From Acidimicrobiia bacterium (GTDB taxonomy: Bacteria; Actinomycetota; Acidimicrobiia; Acidimicrobiales; JANYDT01), in contig JANOJN010000079.1 of assembly GCA_031418775.1 (NCBI GenBank), forward strand, positions 2,320-66,319: DNA of 64,000 bases. The letters run 5' to 3'. Made by a program: the position numbers and the translations under genes. Shown piece by piece: positions 17,516-25,485 of this stretch. Below the pieces are notes generated by a model that ran no database searches, was not told where the DNA came from, and worked only from the letters and a program-made list of their open reading frames with translations. Numbering within the stretch: the stretch's first letter is position 1; each line of letters opens with the position of its first letter.

Positions 17516-18940
17516 ATGGGAGCAATCACGGTGTTCATCGCCGACGACAGCGTCTTCATCCGTGAGGGAGTGAAGGCCATGTTGTCTCGACAGGCCGATA
17601 TCGAGATCGTCGGCATCGCGGAGGACTACGACGGACTCATCAGCGGAGCGGAGGCCACTGCCCCGAACGTCGTGGTGAGTGATATCCGGATGCCGCCCAA
17701 CTTCCATCGGGAAGGCATCGAGGCCTGCAAGATCATCCGCAAGGCGCACCCCGGTACCGGCGTTGTCATCCTCAGTCAGTATGACGATCCGGACTACGCG
17801 ATCGCGTTGCTTTCCGAAGGTGCCAGCGGTTACGGCTACCTGCTGAAGGATCGCATCGCCGAGGGCGACCAGTTGGCTCGCGCGATTCGGGAGGTTGCCT
17901 CTGGCGGATCGATGCTCGATCCCGTCATCGTCAGTGCGCTGATGAGTCCGGTTCGGCGAACCGGCGGGTTGGACGCCAGCGACGACGCGTTGCTCGAGAT
18001 GGTGGCAGAAGGTAAGCCGATCAAGGCGATCGCGATCGCCACGAAGTCGACGCCGGGCGCCGTGGAGACGAGAGTGGAGAACCTGTTTCTGCGGCTCGCC
18101 GAAGGTGTGTCGGCCGGTACCGCGGGTTCGCTCGACCGTTTGAAGCGGCTCCACGTGGCGATTGTGTCGCGCGAGGAGCAGGGCGAGTCGCTTTCGCGTC
18201 TCCTGCCGACGGGGGTCGCCGACCGTATTCGTGCCCGAGGTGCGCATGCCGGCGACACCGAGGAGCTCAACGTGACCGTTCTGATGAGCGACATCCGCGG
18301 GTACACGACCATCAGTGAACATACTGATCCGTCGAACCTTGCTCAGCAGCTCAACCGTCACCGCTCGGAGATGAACAAAGCGATTCTTTCGGCCGGTGGA
18401 ACGGTCATGCAATACGTCGGTGACGCCGTGATGGCCGTCTTCGGAGCCCCGGAGCCGTGCACCGATCACGCCGATCGCGCCCTGGTCGCCGCACACGCGA
18501 TGCACGCCGCCCAGGACGCGGTGAACAACAGCTGGATTGCCCAAGGTCTCGAACCCTTTCCCCTCGGCATCGGGCTTTCGACAGGCGACGTCGCCGCCGC
18601 CCTGCTCGGCTCGGAAGAACGGCTCGAGTACACCGTCGTCGGCGACGCCGTGAACCTCTGCCAGCGGCTCCAGCAGTTCGCCATCGACGGCGAGACCGTC
18701 GTCAGCGATCCGACCTGGGAGCAATTCACCCAGAAGCCGGAGGCAGAGGATCTCGGTCCGCAACTGGTGAAGGGACGCTCCACGCCCGTGCGACCACGCA
18801 AGATCGCGTCACGCAACCAACCCCGCCAGCAGTCGCCGGACAGCAGTCCCGAATCGTCCGATTCGGCCGGCCGGCCGGCGCCTGGCCCAATCGACAAGAA
18901 TGCGGAACGTCCGCTCGTTTCCCAGGAGGCAATGCCGTGA
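17516..18940 (+). CDS. Response regulator: NarL-type REC + degenerate LuxR HTH + class III nucleotidyl cyclase domain
   Basis: REC domain (FIADDSVFIREG...VVVSDIRMPP...YLLKD). HTH remnant (LLEMVAEGKPIKAIAIATKSTPGAVETRVENLFLRL). CHD domain (VTVLMSDIRGYT, YVGDAVMAVFG, VVGDAVNLCQRLQ). Confidence 0.85.
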   Translation: MGAITVFIADDSVFIREGVKAMLSRQADIEIVGIAEDYDGLISGAEATAPNVVVSDIRMPPNFHREGIEACKIIRKAHPGTGVVILSQYDDPDYAIALLSEGASGYGYLLKDRIAEGDQLARAIREVASGGSMLDPVIVSALMSPVRRTGGLDASDDALLEMVAEGKPIKAIAIATKSTPGAVETRVENLFLRLAEGVSAGTAGSLDRLKRLHVAIVSREEQGESLSRLLPTGVADRIRARGAHAGDTEELNVTVLMSDIRGYTTISEHTDPSNLAQQLNRHRSEMNKAILSAGGTVMQYVGDAVMAVFGAPEPCTDHADRALVAAHAMHAAQDAVNNSWIAQGLEPFPLGIGLSTGDVAAALLGSEERLEYTVVGDAVNLCQRLQQFAIDGETVVSDPTWEQFTQKPEAEDLGPQLVKGRSTPVRPRKIASRNQPRQQSPDSSPESSDSAGRPAPGPIDKNAERPLVSQEAMP

Positions 18941-19698
18941 GCATCGACACGCTTTCCGATCAGAGCGTCACTCCAGGAGGAGAAGCGGCCGTGACCTCGG
19001 GCGTCGATCTCGTGGTCGATGTCCGGCAGGTGTTTCGAACGTTCGAGGCCGACATGGCTCCGGTCCGAGCCCTACGCGGTGCCGACCTGTCCGTTTCGCG
19101 TGGCGAGTTCGTTGCTGTCATGGGTCCGTCGGGGTGCGGGAAGTCGACCATGCTCAACATCATCGCCGGACTCGATATCGCCGACGACGGGGAGGTGAGC
19201 GTCGCCGGACAGCGACTCGACGGCAAGACCGAGAGCGATCTCGCGATCATGCGCCGTCGACACATCGGAATCGTGTTCCAGTTCTTCAACCTCCTCGAAG
19301 GAATGACGGCGCTGGAGAACGTGCTCATGCCGGCCCTCATCGCCGGGCGCAAACGAAAGGCGGCCGAGACCAGGGCCCGCGACCTGCTCGACCTCCTGGG
19401 CATCGGCGACAAGGCCAAACAGGCGCCCGCCTCTCTGTCGGGCGGTCAGCGTCAGCGGTTGGCCATTGCGCGCGCTCTTGCCAACGAGCCGACGCTCCTG
19501 CTGGCCGACGAGCCCACGGGCGCTCTTGACTCGGCCGGAGGCGACGAGGTTCTCGAACTCTTCACCCGTTTGCATCGCAACGGCCAGACGATTCTTCTGG
19601 TCACCCACGACCAACCGGTCGCCGACGCAGCCCAACGGATTGTCCGAATGAAAGATGGTCGCGTCATCGATGACGGGCGCGGCGCGCCGGTGGCGTGA
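18937..19698 (+). CDS. ABC transporter ATP-binding protein (MacB/LolD-like)
   Basis: Walker A GPSGCGKST, signature LSGGQRQR, Walker B LLLADEPT. GTG start at 18937 overlaps the regulator stop (GTGA). CAGGAGG lies 8 nt upstream. Confidence 0.9.
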   Translation: MSIDTLSDQSVTPGGEAAVTSGVDLVVDVRQVFRTFEADMAPVRALRGADLSVSRGEFVAVMGPSGCGKSTMLNIIAGLDIADDGEVSVAGQRLDGKTESDLAIMRRRHIGIVFQFFNLLEGMTALENVLMPALIAGRKRKAAETRARDLLDLLGIGDKAKQAPASLSGGQRQRLAIARALANEPTLLLADEPTGALDSAGGDEVLELFTRLHRNGQTILLVTHDQPVADAAQRIVRMKDGRVIDDGRGAPVA

Positions 19699-19735
19699 CG
19701 CACCGCTCGAAGGCACAACGAACGAACGAGGGCAC

Positions 19736-21865
19736 GTGAGCTCCCAATCGTGGGCGGGACGAGTGGTGTTTCCAGCAGGCGACGGAGACACCATCCGTCG
19801 ACGTTCCACCGCGCTCGTCGCCTGGGTCGCAGCATTGTTCATGAGCGTATGGGCCCTCGGTCTGTCACTTCGGACGGCGGCGATCTCGCCCACGGTGGTC
19901 ATCGTGGGTGCTGTAGGTCTGATGTGGTCCCTCGGAGCGGGAATGGCGGTTCGACGAAGCCCAACCCGGTGGAATGCAACGGCGCTGGCGCTTGCCGCAG
20001 TCGTCGCGACGGGCGCGCTCTCATGGTCGGCGAACAGGTCGACCGGTCTTTCCGGACCGGCATCCATGCTGGCGGACGCAGGCGAGCGCTTCGCGCTGAC
20101 GCTGACACCCGTTCTCGTCCTCCATCTGCTCCTGACGCTTCCGGACGGCCGACTGGCCGGCACCGGCTCGCGCCGCGTTCTTCTCGGCGCATATGCCATC
20201 GCCGTTGTGCTCGCTCTGGCGCTGCTCGGCGATCGAGACACGGTGAGCGCATGGCCGATCGTTGCGCTGTGGGTCCTGACGGTTGGCGCTCTCCCCATCG
20301 CTCATGCGAGTTACCGCTCCGCGAGTGTTCTGACGCAGCGTCGGATGCAGTGGACCGGATGGGGAGCCGTTGTTGCGATCGAGATCGCGTTGGTCGCGGG
20401 GGCTTTGACGCTCGCCCTCGGCTGGCCGGACCACGCGGCTGATGTGGCGCTGGTCGCGTCCGGGCTGTTGCCGATGTCGATCGCCGCAGGTACGGTTCCC
20501 CGGCTCCTGTCCCGAATCGACAGGCTGCTCACGCACACGGTGTCGGTGACCGGGCTGACCGTGCTCATCGCGGCGGCGTACCTCTTGGCGTTGGCCGCGT
20601 TCGGGCGCCGACCGTCGGGCAGCGAGCGGTCGCTGTTCGTGCTCTCCATGGCCGCAGCCGCTGGCGCGGCGCTTTGCTATCAACCGGCTCGGGCCTGGCT
20701 CGGGGATCGCGCGAACCGGGTTGTCTACGGAGAACGGGTGTCTCCCGATGAAGCACTCCGGACCTGGAGCTCGCGTCTTTCCCGGGCAATCCCGCTCGAC
20801 GAGCTACTTCTGCAACTTGCGGAGACCCTGCGGAAGTCCCTGCAACTGCGAAGTGCGCAGATCTGGACCGGCAGCCACGGGCATTACGAGGTCGCCGCGA
20901 TGGTTCCCCATCGGCCGACCTCTCCGCTCACCGTTGGCGAGAAGGAGCGTGCCGTCGTCAGTCGGGCCGGCGTCTCGGGCGGAACGTGGCTCGACATCTG
21001 GCTGTCGGGCCTCGTCGGGCCCGACGTCACGGCATCGACGAGGGTGGCCCCGATCGCGCACAGTGGTGAGATGCTCGGTCTGATCGTATGCGAACGAAGT
21101 AGTGATGCCGCTTCCTTCACCGAGGAGGACGACAGAGTGCTGACCGAGTTGGCGCGACAGGTTGGGCTCGCCCTTCACAACGTGCAACTCGACACGGCGT
21201 TGCAGGCGTCGCTGGATGAGCTCCGTCGAACGAACGAGGAGTTGCGGGCGTCCCGTATTCGCATTGTCGCGGCAGGAGACACGGAACGGCGAAAACTGGA
21301 GCGGAATCTTCACGACGGTGCCCAACAGCATCTCGTCGCGCTTGCAGTGAAGCTCCGGCTCGCGAAAGACGCCGTCGTCGACGACCCGGCCGACGCCGAG
21401 TCGATGATCGACGAGATCCGCGGCAACCTCCAGGAGGCGATCACCGAGCTGCGTTCTCTTGCCCATGGCATCTTCCCGCCATTGCTCGTCTCCGGTGGGT
21501 TGGGCGAAGCCCTACCGGCGGCCGCGGCCAGAGCGGCTCTGCCGACCATGGCCGAGGTGAACGTTGCCCGCCATCCACAAGAAGTCGAGGCGGCGATCTA
21601 CTTCTGCTGCATGGAGGCACTGCAAAACGCCGGCAAGCACGCCGGCGACAAGGCCAGCGCGCTCGTGCGGGTCTGGGAGGACGCCCAGTTCCTGCACTGG
21701 GAGGTTTCCGATGATGGTCTCGGGTTCGACCAGACCAATGGCCGCGGCGACGGACACGGTTTCGTGAACATGCGCGATCGCATGGGCGCTTTCGGTGGAA
21801 CGGTTGCTGTCGTGAGTGCGTCCGGCCGGGGCACCTCGATACACGGATCGGTACCGTTGGCTTGA
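19736..21865 (+). CDS. Multi-TM sensor histidine kinase (GAF-like + HisKA_3 + HATPase_c)
   Basis: H-box ERRKLERNLHDGAQQHLVAL, ATP-binding motifs EALQNAGKHAG and DDGLGFD...GHGFVNMRDR, and a long hydrophobic N-terminal half. Start is either GTG 19736 or the overlapping 19655. Confidence 0.85.
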   Translation: MSSQSWAGRVVFPAGDGDTIRRRSTALVAWVAALFMSVWALGLSLRTAAISPTVVIVGAVGLMWSLGAGMAVRRSPTRWNATALALAAVVATGALSWSANRSTGLSGPASMLADAGERFALTLTPVLVLHLLLTLPDGRLAGTGSRRVLLGAYAIAVVLALALLGDRDTVSAWPIVALWVLTVGALPIAHASYRSASVLTQRRMQWTGWGAVVAIEIALVAGALTLALGWPDHAADVALVASGLLPMSIAAGTVPRLLSRIDRLLTHTVSVTGLTVLIAAAYLLALAAFGRRPSGSERSLFVLSMAAAAGAALCYQPARAWLGDRANRVVYGERVSPDEALRTWSSRLSRAIPLDELLLQLAETLRKSLQLRSAQIWTGSHGHYEVAAMVPHRPTSPLTVGEKERAVVSRAGVSGGTWLDIWLSGLVGPDVTASTRVAPIAHSGEMLGLIVCERSSDAASFTEEDDRVLTELARQVGLALHNVQLDTALQASLDELRRTNEELRASRIRIVAAGDTERRKLERNLHDGAQQHLVALAVKLRLAKDAVVDDPADAESMIDEIRGNLQEAITELRSLAHGIFPPLLVSGGLGEALPAAAARAALPTMAEVNVARHPQEVEAAIYFCCMEALQNAGKHAGDKASALVRVWEDAQFLHWEVSDDGLGFDQTNGRGDGHGFVNMRDRMGAFGGTVAVVSASGRGTSIHGSVPLA

Positions 21866-21924
21866 GACGTTGCTGCTCGGCGAGCGGCCGGCGTCAGCCC
21901 TGTTCAGAAATCGCTGCCTCGGGC

Positions 21925-22359
21925 TCAGCGGCCGTGCGTGATGTAGTCGCCCAACGCCGTCGCCTCATCTTGGATCTCGGCAACCCGGCGTTTCACGACG
22001 TCGCCGATGCTGACGATACCGACGAGGGCTCCGTCTCTGATCACGGGAAGATGACGTATGTGCTGCTCGGTCATCGCGCTCATCAGCTGTTCCATGGTGT
22101 CCGTGGGCGAGCAGGTGATCACGTTGGTCGTCATCACGTCACGGACCGCCCGTTCGAGAACCGCCGCTCCGTCTCGTGAGATCGCCGCCACGATGTCACG
22201 TTCACTGAGAATGCCGGCAACGGCGCCGTCGGGGGCAACCACTACGAGAGCCCCGATGCGTCGCCTCCCGAGTTCGGCCACAGCGGAGAGCAACGTCTGG
22301 TCCGGGCCGATCGTCGCGACCTCAGATCCTTTTCCCTGTAAGACACCGTCGACGCGCAT
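21925..22359 (-). CDS. CBS-domain pair protein
   Basis: 144 aa with two CBS-like repeats (ALVVVAPDGAVAGILSERDIV; HLPVIRDGALVGIVSIGDVV). Confidence 0.85.
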   Translation of the reverse strand: MRVDGVLQGKGSEVATIGPDQTLLSAVAELGRRRIGALVVVAPDGAVAGILSERDIVAAISRDGAAVLERAVRDVMTTNVITCSPTDTMEQLMSAMTEQHIRHLPVIRDGALVGIVSIGDVVKRRVAEIQDEATALGDYITHGR

Positions 22360-22533
22360 TGCTGCCTCCTTGGCGCGATGCGGACCGGTTTGCGCCGCAT
22401 CTGTGTCCTGATCGTAGGCCGACCCCGACGAACGTGCACGGCTCGTTGAAGAGGGGCCGTTTGTTGTGACGACCGTCCCTCCGGTGATGGCATACGAGCT
22501 AGCGGACCGGAAGGCGGTTGCCGCTCCGAACGA

Positions 22534-22962
22534 TCACGCGGGATCGCGGCGCCAGGTGGGATCGCCGCCGGCCTCCCAGAGGCGACGCACGAAGCGGGGA
22601 GAGAGCTCGTCCTTGTTGACGTAGGCCACGGCACCGCATGAGCGCGCGCCGGGAGGGAGGTCGTCGACGGCGTAGGTCGACACGAGGATGACGAAGGTTT
22701 CGGGGAAGGTCATCGTGATGATGCGTGTCGCCTCGACGCCATCGATCGCCCCCATGTTGATGTCCATCAGCACCACTGCAGGACGCAATTCCTCGACGAG
22801 GACAACTGCTTCCTCCCCCGAGGTGGCTTCGCCGACGAGTTCGAAACCCGGGACCCGAGCGATCACCGCTCGGGCGGCGTCGCGGAACGGAGCCTGGTCG
22901 TCAACGACGAGAACGCGAATGCTGTCGACATCGGACCTGCTCGAATCTGTCGGTAGGTTCAT
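22534..22962 (-). CDS. Stand-alone receiver (REC) domain protein
   Basis: IRVLVVDDQAPFRD...VVLMDINMGAIDG...AYVNKD, with no output domain. Start is ATG 22962 or ATG 22977. Confidence 0.8.
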   Translation of the reverse strand: MNLPTDSSRSDVDSIRVLVVDDQAPFRDAARAVIARVPGFELVGEATSGEEAVVLVEELRPAVVLMDINMGAIDGVEATRIITMTFPETFVILVSTYAVDDLPPGARSCGAVAYVNKDELSPRFVRRLWEAGGDPTWRRDPA

Positions 22963-22997
22963 AAGCACACATCCCATGACACGTACAGCTTGACCGT

Positions 22998-23711
22998 TCA
23001 GCGAGGAGGTGAGAACCGTGCTGTTACCTCGGTCGAGGTGTTGCCAGCATCACCACTGGACAGGAACATCAACACGGCGCTCACCCGTCGATTGACGTCG
23101 GGTTCCTCATTGAGATGCAGCTTCGAGAAGATCGCGTTGATGTGTTTCTCCACTGCCCGCTCAGATAGGACAAGCGCAGCGGCGATCGCCGCGTTGGACT
23201 TCCCTTGTGCCATGGCGCCCAAGACCTCTCGCTCGCGTGGCGTGAGGAATTCGAGTGGCGTCTTCGTCGACCGGCGTGATGAGGCGACGAGGTGCTCGAC
23301 AACCTGGGGGTCGATGACTGCGCCTCCTGCGGCAACCACTCGCACCGCTTCCAGAAGATCGTCGACGGCGGCAACGCGGTCCTTGAGCAGGTACCCGCGG
23401 CGCGCCGACCCCCCGGCCAGAAGGGTGACCGCATAAGCCGGAGAGACGTACTGGCTGAGCACGATGACGCCGATCTCCGGATTGGACTCACTGAACACAG
23501 CGGCTGCTCGGATTCCTTCGTCGGTGCCGGTCGGAGGCATGCGGATGTCGGTGATGACGACGTCAGGCCGGGACTCGTCAACCACGGCGAGAAGCGTGTC
23601 GTAGTCGACAGCCGTGCCGACGAGCTCGAACCCCGCGCTCGACGAGAGCAGACGCGCCAGGCCATCGCGCAACAGTGCGTTGTCTTCGGCGACAACGACT
23701 CGAATTGTCAT
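22998..23711 (-). CDS. NarL/LuxR-family response regulator
   Basis: Starts at MTIRVVVAEDNALLRDG. REC domain (VVITDIRMPP...YLLKD) plus LuxR HTH (LTPREREVLGAMAQGKSNAAIAAALVLSERAVEKHINAIFSKL). Close paralogue of the REC domain at 17516-18940. Confidence 0.9.
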   Translation of the reverse strand: MTIRVVVAEDNALLRDGLARLLSSSAGFELVGTAVDYDTLLAVVDESRPDVVITDIRMPPTGTDEGIRAAAVFSESNPEIGVIVLSQYVSPAYAVTLLAGGSARRGYLLKDRVAAVDDLLEAVRVVAAGGAVIDPQVVEHLVASSRRSTKTPLEFLTPREREVLGAMAQGKSNAAIAAALVLSERAVEKHINAIFSKLHLNEEPDVNRRVSAVLMFLSSGDAGNTSTEVTARFSPPR

Positions 23712-23939
23712 GGGTGCAATGTAGCGGTGCGGGGCAGAAGGGGGCAGTGAGCGCGGGTCGGGCCGATGACGGGCACGCCGGGGTGAGGATACGAACGCGA
23801 CTCCTGTGTCGTGAGAGTGCAGACCTTCGTGTTGGGGGAGGGCTGGCATCACCTCGTGTCCGCGTGCCCGCGCCCTTGGTCGAGCGCTGCGGTTCACCGA
23901 AGCTGTTCTCCCCGTAGAGTCGGGGTCAAGGAGTTAGAT

Positions 23940-25367
23940 GTGAGCGCGACAACCATCGATGCCGTTGTCGTCGGGTCAGGACCCAATGGGCTCGTTGCCG
24001 CCGTCACCCTGGCGATGGCCGGTCGCTCGGTTGTCGTCCTTGAGGCTGACCCGACGATCGGCGGAGGAACCCGCAGCGGCGAGCTCACCCTCCCGGGGTT
24101 CGTGCACGACATCTGCTCGGCGATCCATCCGCTCGGTGTCGGGTCGCCAGTGATGTCATCACTGCCCCTGGCCGATCACGGCCTGCGGTGGCTGCACCCG
24201 CCCGTGGCCCTCGCCCATCCGCTCGAAGATGGACGTGCCGGACTGGTGACCCGCGACGCAACGGAGACTGCCGACGGTCTCGGGAGCGATCGCGAAGCGT
24301 GGCGCCGGCACATCGGTTCGCTTTCGGAACGCTGGGGGACGTTGCTGCCGATGCTGATGCGTCCGCTCCCGCAGGTTCCGCGTCACCCCATCACGCTCGC
24401 CCGTTTCGGCCTCCCCGCGCTCGCCCCGGCAACACGCCTGGGGAACCACTGGTTCGAGGCCGACGAAGCCCGCGCATTGTTCGCCGGGTCGGCCGCCCAC
24501 GCATTCCTTCCCCTGTCGCGTCCGATGACCGCGGGCTTCGGGCTGGTCCTGTTGGCGTCAGCGCACGCGGTCGGGTGGCCGGTCGCCGCGGGCGGCTCGC
24601 AGGCCATCGCCGACGCGTTGGTGTCGCTGCTTCGTAAGCACGGCGGAAAGGTGGAGACGGGCCGGTGCGTGACGTCGTTCGCCGACATCCCTGAGTCGCG
24701 TGCGGTGCTCTTCGATCTCTCTCCCACACAGGTCGCCCGTATCGCCGGCGACCGCCTACCACTGCGTTACCGGCGCCGACTCGAAGCCTTCCGGCATGGG
24801 CCGGCGGCCTTCAAGATCGACTACGCCCTCGCCGGTCCGGTTCCGTGGACCAACGAAGGTTGCCGTCGGGCCGGCACCGTCCACGTGGGTGGATCGGCGG
24901 AAGAAGTTGCGAAGGCGGAGGCCGAGGTTGCGGCTGGTCACCACCCTGACCGTCCGTTCGTGCTGGTCGCCCAGCAGTCGATCATCGACCCGTCCCGCGC
25001 TCCCGATGGGACGCACACTCTGTGGGCGTATTGCCACGTCCCCAACGGATCGACCGTCGATATGACGGTGGCGATCGAACGACAGATCGAACGGTTCGCT
25101 CCAGGTTTCCGTGATCTGGTGCTTGCCCGCCACGTCGCCACCCCGGCGTGGTTCGAAGCGCACGATCATGCCTACGTCGGTGGTGACATCAGCGGTGGCG
25201 CCCACGACGGCGTGCAGTTGCTCTTTCGTCCGTTGGTCGGACGGCCCTACCGAACGCCGAACCCGAGTATCTTCCTCTGTTCGGCTTCGACACCCCCGGG
25301 CGGGGGAGTGCACGGGATGTGCGGGTTCAACGCCGCACAGGTTGCTCTGCGAGGTCCTCTCCAATAG
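23940..25367 (+). CDS. FAD/NAD(P)-dependent oxidoreductase, phytoene-desaturase (CrtI)-like family
   Basis: Rossmann motif VVVGSGPNGLVAAVTLAMAG at the N-terminus. GTG start at 23940 has AAGGAG 6 nt upstream. Confidence 0.75.
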   Translation: MSATTIDAVVVGSGPNGLVAAVTLAMAGRSVVVLEADPTIGGGTRSGELTLPGFVHDICSAIHPLGVGSPVMSSLPLADHGLRWLHPPVALAHPLEDGRAGLVTRDATETADGLGSDREAWRRHIGSLSERWGTLLPMLMRPLPQVPRHPITLARFGLPALAPATRLGNHWFEADEARALFAGSAAHAFLPLSRPMTAGFGLVLLASAHAVGWPVAAGGSQAIADALVSLLRKHGGKVETGRCVTSFADIPESRAVLFDLSPTQVARIAGDRLPLRYRRRLEAFRHGPAAFKIDYALAGPVPWTNEGCRRAGTVHVGGSAEEVAKAEAEVAAGHHPDRPFVLVAQQSIIDPSRAPDGTHTLWAYCHVPNGSTVDMTVAIERQIERFAPGFRDLVLARHVATPAWFEAHDHAYVGGDISGGAHDGVQLLFRPLVGRPYRTPNPSIFLCSASTPPGGGVHGMCGFNAAQVALRGPLQ

Positions 25368-25485
25368 GCGCAAGGGACGCGGCTGGGCCCTTCGACCCAC
25401 TCGCTCGCCCGAAGCCGTCAGATCAGTTCCGGCCCCGGTTCGACCCGACTCAAGACGACGGTTTCATCCGCCGATCGACAAGGCC

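Noticed and set aside
17252-20298. 503-aa and 408-aa minus-strand ORFs opposite the REC-cyclase, ABC ATPase and kinase genes
   Set aside because: The plus-strand frames contain Walker, REC, cyclase and H-box motifs. The antisense products have no recognisable features.
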